64,000 nucleotides of DNA. Source: Crocinitomicaceae bacterium. GTDB lineage: Bacteria; Bacteroidota; Bacteroidia; Flavobacteriales_D; Crocinitomicaceae. Position 1 is the stretch's first letter. Every line of letters starts with the position of its first letter. The position numbers were made by a program, and so were the translations under genes. The stretch spans positions 8,818 through 72,817 of the forward strand of contig JBIKOE010000001.1 in NCBI GenBank assembly GCA_044358215.1, in the 5' to 3' direction. Shown piece by piece: positions 28,799 through 38,391 of this stretch. The notes below the pieces were generated by a model, which was not told where the DNA came from, did no database searches, and saw only the letters and a list, made by a program, of their open reading frames with translations.

Positions 28799-31615
28799 TT
28801 AGCGAGACAAATGCATATTTCTTTCCGAATAAATTTTCGTAAAAAATGGATCCTTTAAATCCTTAATAAAACGAATAGCTTCACCTGTAGATTTCATTTC
28901 AGGACCGAGTTCTTTTTTTACATCTGGAAACTTTTCATAAGAAAAAACTGGGATTTTAATTGCATACCCTTCTTTTCTTGGATTGAATGTAAAGTCTGTC
29001 ACCTTATTTACTCCAAGCATCACTTTCGTAGCATAATTCACATAAGGTTCATCGTATGCTTTCGCAATAAATGGAACCGTTCGTGAAGCCCGAGGATTTG
29101 CTTCAATCACATATACTTTATCATCCTTTATAGCAAACTGAATATTAATTAATCCTACTGTTCTTAGTTCGATGGCTATTTTATGTGTAATATCTTTAAT
29201 TTGAGTCATCACAAAATCTCCTAAGTTATATGGAGGCAATAAAGCGTAGGAATCTCCAGAATGAATTCCAGCAGGTTCGATGTGCTGCATAATACCAATA
29301 ATATAAACATTTTCCCCATCACATATTGCATCCGCTTCAGCTTCAATTGCTCCACCAAGAAAGTGGTCTAATAAAATCTGATTATTTCCCATTTCATTGA
29401 TAATATCAATTACATGGTACTCTAATTCTTCTTTATTGATAACGATTTTCATTTTCTGACCACCCAAAACATAAGAAGGGCGAACTAACAAAGGAAAACC
29501 AAGTTCATCCGATAATTCAAGCGCTTGTTCTGCATTCTGTACAATTCCATACTGAGGAAAGGGGATATTATTTGCTTCCAACATTTTTGAAAAACGACCG
29601 CGATCTTCTGCTAAATCTAGTGCTTCAAAACTTGTTCCCATGATTTTTATTCCAAAGCGACTTAATTTCTCCGCTAGTTTTAGAGCTGTTTGTCCGCCAA
29701 GTTGCACAATTACACCCTCCGGTTTCTCGTGTTGAATGATATCGTAAATATGTTCCCAAAATACAGGCTCAAAATACAATTTATCTGCTGTATCAAAATC
29801 TGTAGAAACCGTCTCAGGATTACAATTAATCATAATCGTTTCATAACCACATTCTTTGGCAGCAAGAACACCATGAACACAAGAATAATCAAATTCGATT
29901 CCCTGCCCTATTCTATTTGGACCAGATCCCAAAATAACAACTTTCTTTTTATCGCTGACAACACTTTCATTTTCATATTCAAAAGTCGAATAGTAATAAG
30001 GTGTTTTTGCATCAAATTCAGCAGCGCAGGTATCAACTAATTTATATACACGCTGAATTCCCATTTCAGTTCTTTTTGTATAAACTTGAGATTCTAAGCA
30101 GCGCAATAAATGAGCTATTTGTCGATCGGCATATCCTTTTTGCTTTGCATCGAATAATAAATCTTTAGGAATTGTATTTATAGCATATTTTTCAATGACA
30201 TCTTCCAATTTAATAAGGTCCTCAATTTGTTTTAAAAACCAAATATCAATTTTTGTTTTTTCTACAATTGTTTTAAATGGAATTCCCAATTTAATCGCAT
30301 CATAAATATGAAAAAGTCTATTCCAACTTGCGTGTTCTAGACTTTCTAAAATCTCCGTTTGATTTGTCAATTCTCTTCCATCAGCTCCCAATCCATTGCG
30401 GTTTATTTCTAACGATTGACATGCTTTCTGGAGTGCCTCTTGAAAAGAACGGCCAATTCCCATTACTTCACCAACGGATTTCATTTGCAAACCAAGTTCG
30501 CGATTTGTCCCAGGAAATTTATTGAAATTCCAACGTGGAATCTTTACGATAACATAATCCAATGTTGGCTCAAATAAAGCAGAAGTTGTTTTCGTAATTT
30601 GATTACTCAATTCATCCAAGTGATATCCTATCGCCAATTTTGACGCAATTTTTGCAATCGGATAACCTGTAGCTTTTGAAGCCAAAGCAGATGAACGAGA
30701 AACACGAGGATTAATCTCTATGGCAATAATATCCTCATTTACATCTGGTGAAACAGCAAACTGCACATTACAACCACCGGCGAAATTTCCAATTGATCGC
30801 ATCATTTTGATTGCCATATCACGCATTCTTTGGAAAGTAGTATCAGAAAGCGTCATTGCTGGAGCAACAGTAATTGAATCGCCCGTATGAATTCCCATCG
30901 GGTCAAAATTTTCAATCGAGCAAATAATCACAACATTGTCATTGGAATCTCTCAATAATTCTAATTCAAATTCCTTCCAACCTAAAAGCGCTTTATCAAT
31001 CATTACCTCATGAATCGGTGACAATTGCAAGCCTCTTTCTAATAAGCCATCAAATAGTTTTTGATCATGAACAATAGAAGCTCCTGCCCCACCCAAAGTA
31101 AAGGAAGCACGAATGCAAAGTGGAAAACCAAATTCTTGAGCAACTTCTTTTCCCTCCAAAAATGAACGAGCAGTTGACTGCGGAGCCATTGGGATTCCGA
31201 TTTTCAACATTAATTCACGAAATTCTTCTCTATTTTCAGTAATTTCTATTGCTTTTATATCAACACCAATAATTTTCACACCGTATTCCTCCCAAATCCC
31301 CATCTCATCGCATTTAATGCAAAGATTTAGAGCAGTTTGTCCGCCCATTGTTGGAAGTACAGCGTCAATCTTGTGATTCTTTAATATTTGAATTATGCTT
31401 TCAGGCTCTAAGGGTTGTAAATAAATATTATCAGCAACCACTTTATCCGTCATGATTGTAGCCGGATTTGAATTTATCAGTGTTACTTCTATTCCTTCCT
31501 CTCTCAAAGATCTAGCAGCTTGAGAACCGGCATAATCAAATTCACAGGCTTGACCAATAATAATAGGGCCGCTCCCAATGATTAGAACGGATTTTATAGA
31601 AGAATCTTTTGGCAT
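28799..31615 (-). CDS. carB: carbamoyl-phosphate synthase large subunit, short form lacking the C-terminal allosteric domain
   Basis: 938 aa with two ATP-grasp halves (each with IGQ..EFDY and MKS.GE motifs). The protein ends about 27 aa after the second MKSTGEA motif. Confidence 0.9.
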   Translation of the reverse strand: MPKDSSIKSVLIIGSGPIIIGQACEFDYAGSQAARSLREEGIEVTLINSNPATIMTDKVVADNIYLQPLEPESIIQILKNHKIDAVLPTMGGQTALNLCIKCDEMGIWEEYGVKIIGVDIKAIEITENREEFRELMLKIGIPMAPQSTARSFLEGKEVAQEFGFPLCIRASFTLGGAGASIVHDQKLFDGLLERGLQLSPIHEVMIDKALLGWKEFELELLRDSNDNVVIICSIENFDPMGIHTGDSITVAPAMTLSDTTFQRMRDMAIKMMRSIGNFAGGCNVQFAVSPDVNEDIIAIEINPRVSRSSALASKATGYPIAKIASKLAIGYHLDELSNQITKTTSALFEPTLDYVIVKIPRWNFNKFPGTNRELGLQMKSVGEVMGIGRSFQEALQKACQSLEINRNGLGADGRELTNQTEILESLEHASWNRLFHIYDAIKLGIPFKTIVEKTKIDIWFLKQIEDLIKLEDVIEKYAINTIPKDLLFDAKQKGYADRQIAHLLRCLESQVYTKRTEMGIQRVYKLVDTCAAEFDAKTPYYYSTFEYENESVVSDKKKVVILGSGPNRIGQGIEFDYSCVHGVLAAKECGYETIMINCNPETVSTDFDTADKLYFEPVFWEHIYDIIQHEKPEGVIVQLGGQTALKLAEKLSRFGIKIMGTSFEALDLAEDRGRFSKMLEANNIPFPQYGIVQNAEQALELSDELGFPLLVRPSYVLGGQKMKIVINKEELEYHVIDIINEMGNNQILLDHFLGGAIEAEADAICDGENVYIIGIMQHIEPAGIHSGDSYALLPPYNLGDFVMTQIKDITHKIAIELRTVGLINIQFAIKDDKVYVIEANPRASRTVPFIAKAYDEPYVNYATKVMLGVNKVTDFTFNPRKEGYAIKIPVFSYEKFPDVKKELGPEMKSTGEAIRFIKDLKDPFFTKIYSERNMHLSR

Positions 31616-31666
31616 AGGGGTTTCAATTTACACTAATTGAAGCGTGCGTTCGCTGCAAATTGAAGA

Positions 31667-31674
31667 CAAATTTA
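31667..31674 (-). promoter_or_regulatory. -7 promoter box TAAATTTG (minus strand) upstream of carB
   Basis: The plus strand reads CAAATTTA, about 51 nt upstream of ATG 31615. Confidence 0.3.
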
Positions 31675-31800
31675 ATTGAAATCGCTTAAGAAGCAAGTTA
31701 AAATTTGAACTCTTTTTGAACAAAATAAATTAAATTGTTAATTAAATCGAAAAAATAATATACGCATGGAGTGATAAACAGAAAAAGTCTTTTCAAGAAT

Positions 31801-33615
31801 TTAAATTTCCATTGTCTGCATCGCAACAGACTCAGCATAAAGACCTTTTTTGGCGATTAATTCTTTATGAGTTCCCGACTCCTTAATTTTACCATCTTGT
31901 AAAACTAAAATCTGAGAAGCATTTCGAATTGTTGCTAATCTATGGGCGATAACTAGAGAAGTTCGACCCTTCATTAAAATTTCCAAAGCTTCTTGAACAA
32001 GACGCTCAGATTCTGAATCAAGGGCAGAAGTCGCCTCGTCTAAAATTAGAATAACAGGATTCTTAAGTAATGCTCTAGCGATGGCAATTCTTTGTTTTTG
32101 ACCACCAGAAAGTTGAATTCCACGATCTCCAACTTCCGTCAATAAACCCTCTGGAAAGGTTGAAATAAATTCCCAAGCATTTGCTTTTTTTGCAGCTTCA
32201 ATAATATCTTCTTCTGAGGCACTTGTTAATCCAAAGCGGATATTTTCTAATATACTTCCTGAAAACAAAATAACCTCTTGAGGAACAATTGCCATATTTT
32301 CCCTTAAATATTCCAAATCGTAGTTATTTATTGGAATGTCGTCAATTAGAATCTCACCACCTGTATTGTGATAAAAATTCAACAACAAACTCGAAATTGT
32401 TGACTTTCCGGCTCCACTTGGACCAACAACCGCTACAGTTTGATTCTTTAAAATAGAAAAAGAGACATCTTGAAGAACTGGAACATCCAAGCGCTGAGGA
32501 TAGGCAAAGGAAACATTTTTAAATTCGATCTTACCCTCAATCAATAATTTTTCTTTCCCCTTACTGAGGTCTTTTTCAGATTTTTCTCCGATAATATCCA
32601 TTAAATTTTCTGTCGCACCAATTGATTTTTGAAGGTTTGCGTACAAATCTGGAAGAGATCCAATTGATGCTCCCATCATAATTGTAAACAAAACAAATTG
32701 ATAAAAACCTTCACTTGACAAAGTCGGATTTGTCCCCTGCGTCATCAGTAAACCCTGCCAAATAATAAAAACGATTGCTCCAAAAAGGCAGAATATAATA
32801 AAGGAAACAAAAAGTCCTCTCCAAATCCCACTGCGAACATTTAGATCCCGTGTTTGCTGTGTTGAAGTTTTATATTTCGAGAGCGTAAACAACTCATTGG
32901 TAAAAGATTTAACATTTGTTATCCCAGTAAGTGCTTCCTCGATAATTGAATTTGATTCTGCAGTAAAATTTTGTGCCTCTTTACTTAACTTGCGTATAAA
33001 TCGACCGAAAAATACAGCCACAATAGCCATAACAGGAACCGTAGCTAACATTATCAATGCTAATTTCCAGGAAATAAAAAACAGAAAAGCAATGCCACCA
33101 AAAACAATAATTATTTGTCTAAAGAATTCTGCAATAGTTGTGCGTAATGTCTCTTGAAGCTGAACAATATCCGAAGAAACACGACTAGTAAGTTCACCCA
33201 CCTTGCTTTTGTTGAAAAAATCCATCGGCATATAGACCAGCTTCTCAAAAGCATCATTTCTTATGTCACGCAAAGCATTTTCAGTAACATTATTAAATAT
33301 TACAACCCTTACAAAAGAAAACAAAGCTTGAAAAGCAAATAGAATAAATAAAGACAAAGCAATAGAATTGATATTTTCCATGCTAATAAAATCAATAGTA
33401 CGAGAACTACTCGTTTTTGATCCGCTAGCTCCTAGCAATTTTCCCATTAAATACGGAAAAACTAAACCTGCAGAAGTTGATAAAACCAGAAATACCCAAC
33501 CAATAAAATAAACAAAAGCATAAGGCTTAAGATACGAAAAGATTCCCTTCGCTTTTCTATAGCTATCCTTTGTTAATTTAACTTTTTCAGTTTTTTCTTT
33601 CTTAGAAGATAACAT
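31801..33615 (-). CDS. ABC exporter, fused permease-ATPase (MsbA-like)
   Basis: 604 aa with six N-terminal TM helices, Walker A GPSGAGKST, signature LSGGQKQR and Walker B ILILDEATS. Confidence 0.85.
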   Translation of the reverse strand: MLSSKKEKTEKVKLTKDSYRKAKGIFSYLKPYAFVYFIGWVFLVLSTSAGLVFPYLMGKLLGASGSKTSSSRTIDFISMENINSIALSLFILFAFQALFSFVRVVIFNNVTENALRDIRNDAFEKLVYMPMDFFNKSKVGELTSRVSSDIVQLQETLRTTIAEFFRQIIIVFGGIAFLFFISWKLALIMLATVPVMAIVAVFFGRFIRKLSKEAQNFTAESNSIIEEALTGITNVKSFTNELFTLSKYKTSTQQTRDLNVRSGIWRGLFVSFIIFCLFGAIVFIIWQGLLMTQGTNPTLSSEGFYQFVLFTIMMGASIGSLPDLYANLQKSIGATENLMDIIGEKSEKDLSKGKEKLLIEGKIEFKNVSFAYPQRLDVPVLQDVSFSILKNQTVAVVGPSGAGKSTISSLLLNFYHNTGGEILIDDIPINNYDLEYLRENMAIVPQEVILFSGSILENIRFGLTSASEEDIIEAAKKANAWEFISTFPEGLLTEVGDRGIQLSGGQKQRIAIARALLKNPVILILDEATSALDSESERLVQEALEILMKGRTSLVIAHRLATIRNASQILVLQDGKIKESGTHKELIAKKGLYAESVAMQTMEI

Positions 33616-33709
33616 TCATGATATTTGTCACAAAAATAGTGTGGTTTATTGGTATTGCGGTAATTTTAAATAAAAATTTAAAAAGAATTTGTTTTAAACA
33701 AAATTTTAC

Positions 33710-33717
33710 TATCTTTG
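33710..33717 (+). promoter_or_regulatory. -7 promoter box TATCTTTG upstream of rpmH, with a TTTG -33-like element at 33688-33691
   Basis: Exact TAnnTTTG match 36 nt before ATG 33754, with a TTTG 18 nt upstream of the box. Confidence 0.45.
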
Positions 33718-33753
33718 CAACCTCAAATTTAGCGACAATATTAAGTTAAAATC

Positions 33754-33912
33754 ATGAAAAGAACATTTCAACCATCCGTAAGAAAAAGAAGAAATAAGCA
33801 CGGCTTTCGCAGCAGAATGGCATCAAAAAATGGTCGTCGAGTTCTTGCATCACGTCGCAAAAAAGGAAGAAAGAAATTAACAGTTTCTGATGAACCGATG
33901 CACAAAAGATAG
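33754..33912 (+). CDS. rpmH: 50S ribosomal protein L34
   Basis: Own translation: [52 protein letters not shown]. This is a classic L34 N-terminus ([10 protein letters not shown]...HGFR.RM). It is shorter than 60 aa, so the ORF track omits it. Confidence 0.95.
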   Translation: MKRTFQPSVRKRRNKHGFRSRMASKNGRRVLASRRKKGRKKLTVSDEPMHKR

Positions 33913-33930
33913 AAATTATAAATTATTTAA

Positions 33931-33957
33931 ACCTCTTAATTCAAGAGGTTTTTTTTT
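33931..33957. terminator. bidirectional intrinsic terminator between rpmH and pckA
   Basis: CCTCTT-AATTC-AAGAGG hairpin followed by T9 on the plus strand. The run is A9 on the other side, so it also serves the convergent pckA. Confidence 0.7.
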
Positions 33958-34015
33958 GACCTAAATTTTTTGAGAATATTTGCTGGATTTAAATAAGAGA
34001 GCTAGTCAAAAAACC

Positions 34016-35629
34016 TCAATTTGCAAGCACTTTGGGGGAAGCTGCTAAAATATCACTGCTTGTTCCCTCTGCAAATTTCTCGAAATTCTTTACAAATTTC
34101 GCTGCTAAACCATTTGCTGTTCGATCATATTGATCTTTGTCAGACCATGTATTTCTTGGATTCAACAACTCAGAAGGCACTCCATCACAAGAACTTGGAA
34201 ATGCCAAATCAAATACAGGCAAGACCTCAAAATGAACACCATCTAATTTTCCTGTTAATGCCGCTGTAATCATTGCACGAGTATAAGAAAGCTTCATGCG
34301 ACTTCCAACTCCATAAGATCCCCCTGACCACCCAGTATTTAATAACCAAACATTTATATTTGCACGATCCAGTTTTTCACCCAATAATTCAGCATATTTA
34401 GCAGGATGTAAAGGGAGGAATGCAGCGCCAAATCCAGCAGAGAAAGTGGTTGTTGGTTCGGTTACACCAACTTCAGTTCCTGCAACTTTAGCTGTATATC
34501 CTGACATAAAATGATACATAGCTTGGGCTTTAGTTAGTTTTGATATTGGAGGTAAAACACCAAATGCGTCAGCAGTCAGAAAAAATATATTTTTTGGAGA
34601 TGAACCAATTGAAGGTACTGCTATATTATCGATAAAATTTATAGGATAAGAAACTCGAGTATTTTCTGTAATTGTATTATCAGTATAATCAGGAGTTGAT
34701 GACTCATTTTCGAAACCAATATTTTCTAATAATGCACCAAATTTAATTGCATCATAAATTTGTGGTTCTTTCTCTCGGGTTAAATCTATTGTTTTTGCAT
34801 AGCATCCACCCTCAAAATTAAATACAGTATCGTCACTCCATCCATGCTCATCATCGCCAATTAATCTTCGATTAGGATCGGAAGATAAGGTTGTTTTACC
34901 TGTTCCAGATAAGCCGAAAAATATTGCTGTATCGCCATTCTGTCCAATATTTGCTGAACAATGCATTGATAAAACATTTTTTTCGTGTGGCAATAAAAAA
35001 TTTAATGCAGAAAATATTCCTTTTTTTATTTCACCAGTATAGCCTGTTCCTCCGATCAAAATCATTTTTTTTGTGAAGTTCAATACTGCAAAATTATGCT
35101 GTCTTGTCCCATCAATTGCCGGATCAGCTTTAAAACTCGGCACACAAACAATATGCCAGTCTGGATTGAAATTTTGAAGCTCATCACTAGTAGGCCGGAG
35201 AAACATATTGTATGCAAATAAATTTGACCAAGGGAATTCAGAAACTACTCGAATATTTAATCTAAATTTTTCATCAGCACAGGCGTATGTATCTCGAACA
35301 TAAACATCTTTTTCCACCAAAAAACTTTTCATTCGAGTATAAAGAGCGTCAAATCTCTCAGGAGAAAACCCAATATTTACATCTCCCCACCAAACTGCTT
35401 TTTCAGTAATTTCATCCCGAACAATGAATCGATCTTTTGGAGAACGACCTGTAAATTCACCCGTATCAATAGCAAGAGCACCTGTATCGGTTAGCATTCC
35501 ATCTCCAGTAATAATACAATCTTCTATTAATTCAGAAGGCGAAAGATTCCAAAATTGTTGACCTAAATCAGATAAGCCAATAGAAGACTTTAAGTCATTA
35601 TTTTTACCAAATTTTCCAATTAATTCCAT
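34016..35629 (-). CDS. pckA: phosphoenolpyruvate carboxykinase (ATP)
   Basis: 537 aa with FFGLSGTGKTTLS kinase-1a and LIGDDEHGW motifs. Confidence 0.95.
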   Translation of the reverse strand: MELIGKFGKNNDLKSSIGLSDLGQQFWNLSPSELIEDCIITGDGMLTDTGALAIDTGEFTGRSPKDRFIVRDEITEKAVWWGDVNIGFSPERFDALYTRMKSFLVEKDVYVRDTYACADEKFRLNIRVVSEFPWSNLFAYNMFLRPTSDELQNFNPDWHIVCVPSFKADPAIDGTRQHNFAVLNFTKKMILIGGTGYTGEIKKGIFSALNFLLPHEKNVLSMHCSANIGQNGDTAIFFGLSGTGKTTLSSDPNRRLIGDDEHGWSDDTVFNFEGGCYAKTIDLTREKEPQIYDAIKFGALLENIGFENESSTPDYTDNTITENTRVSYPINFIDNIAVPSIGSSPKNIFFLTADAFGVLPPISKLTKAQAMYHFMSGYTAKVAGTEVGVTEPTTTFSAGFGAAFLPLHPAKYAELLGEKLDRANINVWLLNTGWSGGSYGVGSRMKLSYTRAMITAALTGKLDGVHFEVLPVFDLAFPSSCDGVPSELLNPRNTWSDKDQYDRTANGLAAKFVKNFEKFAEGTSSDILAASPKVLAN

Positions 35630-35668
35630 AGTGTAAAATTCTTAGAAGAAGCTGTGTCTTAATACTTA

Positions 35669-35676
35669 CAAAAGTA
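35669..35676 (-). promoter_or_regulatory. -7 promoter box TACTTTTG (minus strand) upstream of pckA
   Basis: The plus strand reads CAAAAGTA, about 40 nt upstream of ATG 35629. Confidence 0.35.
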
Positions 35677-35884
35677 CAATTATCACACTAAAAAAAAAGA
35701 TTTAAAATTCAGATTTTTCCAACAAATTAAATTTAAATTGTTGACAAATTAATTTGCTTAACTCTTAAAAGATTTGTATATTAGGTTAGTGTCATTCATA
35801 CACTTTACATTCATCCAAATAATTAATAATACTTATCTGTTCATATTCTTTTGAGAGTAAATTAAAACAAACTTAATAATTGAA

Positions 35885-35892
35885 TAAATTTG
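35885..35892 (+). promoter_or_regulatory. -7 promoter box TAAATTTG upstream of the serine hydrolase gene
   Basis: Exact TAnnTTTG match ending 15 nt before ATG 35908, which implies a very short leader. Confidence 0.3.
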
Positions 35893-35907
35893 TAAATAAA
35901 GAAAAAA

Positions 35908-37833
35908 ATGTATTATCACAAAAAAATAGCACGAGTTTCCTTCATCTTGATTTTAGGGTGTATGTTTTCTTTTTGTGTAAATAATCATGGTCAAGAAAAA
36001 ATTACCTGGGAATACCCAATTCTACCGACAGAATGGCTATCAAAAGAATTAAGTAGTTTAAATTTTCTACCTTTAAATCAGCAATATTTTGAATACGAGA
36101 AATCAATTACTCTTTTAGAGAATAAAGATAATTTACTCCCACTTGGTAGACTGGACCTAAATATTGGTTTGGTAAATATCGGCGGGAATCCCAACGAGTT
36201 TTTGGAAACAAGCGAGCTTTTTATTTCTGGAAGTTCTATACATGCTCCAAATTTCAATTTAATTTCAGCAAAAAATTGGGCTAAAATCATTGACAGTGAA
36301 ATAATTTTACTTAGTCTTCATGCAAATGTATTTAGTGACGGGGGAAATATTATTGATTCAATAAACAGTCAACTATTTGAGAAATTTCCAAAATCAGCAA
36401 AAATCATTCTAAGTATTTTTGGGGATGAGGAAATATTACAACAAATCGAAACCAAAAATATTTCTGCATTAATTTTAGGGAAAGAAAATAATAAAATAGC
36501 TCAAAGCCTTGTTTGTCAAACAATTTTTGGTGCAGTTTCTATTTCCGGAAAGACAAATAATGAAATTAAGACTAAAGATCAAATTTACCCAAGTGGATTT
36601 GGTATTGAAATTTTGGCAAATGGTAGACTGAAATTTAGTCAAGCAAGTGAAACTGGAATAGATGCTGAAAAATTATCTGAAATTGATCAAATAGCTTTGA
36701 ATGGAATTAGAGATGGAGCATACCCTGGCTGTCAAATACTAGTTGCTGTTGATAACAAAATAATCTACCGAAAGAGCTTTGGAAACCAAACATATGAAAA
36801 AGACGCTAGAAAAGTTGAGAATGATGATGTTTATGACATTGCTTCAATTACAAAAATTGCAGCATCAACTTTACTCGCAATGCATCTTCAGTCGCAAGAT
36901 AAATTTAACCTCAATAAAAAGTTAAAAGACTATATTCCTGAATTAATCAATAAAACTGAATATGGTGAAATTGGATTAAGAGAAATGATGGCTCATCAGG
37001 CTGGTTTGACACCATGGATTCCATTTTATAAAAGAACACTCAAAAATGGTGAGTTAAATCCCGTTATTTATAACAATTTAAAATCGGAAAATTTCAAACT
37101 GCAAGTTGCTGAAAATATATTTATAAAACCATCTTACGTAGATAGCATGTATGCTCAAATATTTCAAACTCCACTAGGAGCAAAGAAATATCTTTACTCT
37201 GATCTCTGCTATTATTTCACACAAAAAATTCTTGAAAAACAAATTAACTGCAAACAAGATGAATATTTACGAAAAAATATTTACGGACCAATGGGCTTGA
37301 GGTTTGCACGCTATTTGCCATTAAACTATTTTCCAAAAACAAAAATTATACCAACAGAAAATGATTTAATCTTCCGAAAACAACTTATTCATGGTCATGT
37401 TCACGATCCAGGAGCCGCAATGCTTGGAGGTGTTGCAGGACATGCAGGACTTTTTTGCAATGCAACTGACTTAGCTAGTATTATGAACCTTTTTCTTCAA
37501 AAAGGGAAATATGCAGGCATTACATTCTTCGATGAAAAAACAATAAATGAATACACAAAAGCTCAATTTACTGGAAATCGCCGAGGTGCAGGATTTGACA
37601 GACCAAATACAAGTGGTGGTGGTCCTTGCGATATTTTAGCATCGCAGGAAAGTTTTGGTCATTCTGGATTCACAGGAACATTGGCTTGGGCAGATCCAAA
37701 AGATAAGGTCATCTTCATATTCCTCTCAAATCGTGTAAATCCGGATGCTGAAAATTGGAAATTACGCGACTTAAATATCAGGACTAAAATTCAACATGTT
37801 GTTTACGAAGCTGTTCAATCAAGAAAAAAGTGA
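35908..37833 (+). CDS. serine hydrolase (class C beta-lactamase / PBP4-like fold) with an N-terminal GH3-C-terminal-like domain
   Basis: 641 aa. SITK (SxxK) in YDIASITKIAAST, plus YSD and HSGFTG (KTG-like) motifs. The N-terminal ~250 aa contain LENKDNLLPL and alpha/beta patterns like the glycoside hydrolase family 3 C-terminal domain. Confidence 0.7.
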   Translation: MYYHKKIARVSFILILGCMFSFCVNNHGQEKITWEYPILPTEWLSKELSSLNFLPLNQQYFEYEKSITLLENKDNLLPLGRLDLNIGLVNIGGNPNEFLETSELFISGSSIHAPNFNLISAKNWAKIIDSEIILLSLHANVFSDGGNIIDSINSQLFEKFPKSAKIILSIFGDEEILQQIETKNISALILGKENNKIAQSLVCQTIFGAVSISGKTNNEIKTKDQIYPSGFGIEILANGRLKFSQASETGIDAEKLSEIDQIALNGIRDGAYPGCQILVAVDNKIIYRKSFGNQTYEKDARKVENDDVYDIASITKIAASTLLAMHLQSQDKFNLNKKLKDYIPELINKTEYGEIGLREMMAHQAGLTPWIPFYKRTLKNGELNPVIYNNLKSENFKLQVAENIFIKPSYVDSMYAQIFQTPLGAKKYLYSDLCYYFTQKILEKQINCKQDEYLRKNIYGPMGLRFARYLPLNYFPKTKIIPTENDLIFRKQLIHGHVHDPGAAMLGGVAGHAGLFCNATDLASIMNLFLQKGKYAGITFFDEKTINEYTKAQFTGNRRGAGFDRPNTSGGGPCDILASQESFGHSGFTGTLAWADPKDKVIFIFLSNRVNPDAENWKLRDLNIRTKIQHVVYEAVQSRKK

Positions 37834-37865
37834 ACCCATTAATCAAGATGATTTATTGATTTAGC

Positions 37866-37873
37866 TATATTTG
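37866..37873 (+). promoter_or_regulatory. -7 promoter box TATATTTG upstream of the PyrR-like gene
   Basis: Exact TAnnTTTG match 19 nt before ATG 37893. Confidence 0.4.
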
Positions 37874-37892
37874 TACAAACACACTTGAAATT

Positions 37893-38387
37893 ATGCAAGT
37901 AATATTAAACCACCAGCAAATCGAGCAAAAAATCACTCGTTTAGGACATCAAATCCTTGAAAACTCTTTTGAAGAAAAAACACTTTTTATTGGAGGAATA
38001 ATCGGAAATGGTAGCATTCTTGCAAAAAAAATTGTAGAAGTAATTAATGCTAATTCAACTATAAAAATTGTTTATTTCGAAGTTTCAATAAATAAAGAAG
38101 AACCGTGGAGTGAAAAAATCCGCTTATCAATTGATGAAAAATTATTAAAAAAAGGATATATCATTCTTGTTGATGATGTCATAAATTCAGGAAAAACAAT
38201 GCAATATGCCGTTATGAAATTTCTTGAGCAAGCAACAAAAGCGATTAAAACTGTTGCTTTAGTTGATAGAGCACACAGACGATATCCTATTAAAACTGAC
38301 TTCATTGGTTTGGGTTTATCAACTACTTTAAAGGATCGTGTTGAGGTCGAACTAGTTGACAATAATTTCAAAGCATATTTAGTCTAG
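37893..38387 (+). CDS. PyrR-family phosphoribosyltransferase-like protein
   Basis: 164 aa. The PRPP loop ILVDDVINSGKT and ALVDRAHRRYPIKTDFIG parallel B. subtilis PyrR (ILVDDVLYTGRT, LVDRGHRELPIRADYIG). Confidence 0.7.
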   Translation: MQVILNHQQIEQKITRLGHQILENSFEEKTLFIGGIIGNGSILAKKIVEVINANSTIKIVYFEVSINKEEPWSEKIRLSIDEKLLKKGYIILVDDVINSGKTMQYAVMKFLEQATKAIKTVALVDRAHRRYPIKTDFIGLGLSTTLKDRVEVELVDNNFKAYLV

Positions 38388-38391
38388 TAAA

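Noticed and set aside
29690-30040. 116-aa ORF antisense to carB (a similar one lies at 30328-30525).
   Set aside because: It is embedded in a conserved housekeeping gene, its sequence is hydrophobic and Ile/Phe/Asn-rich with no recognisable motif, and it has no independent signals.
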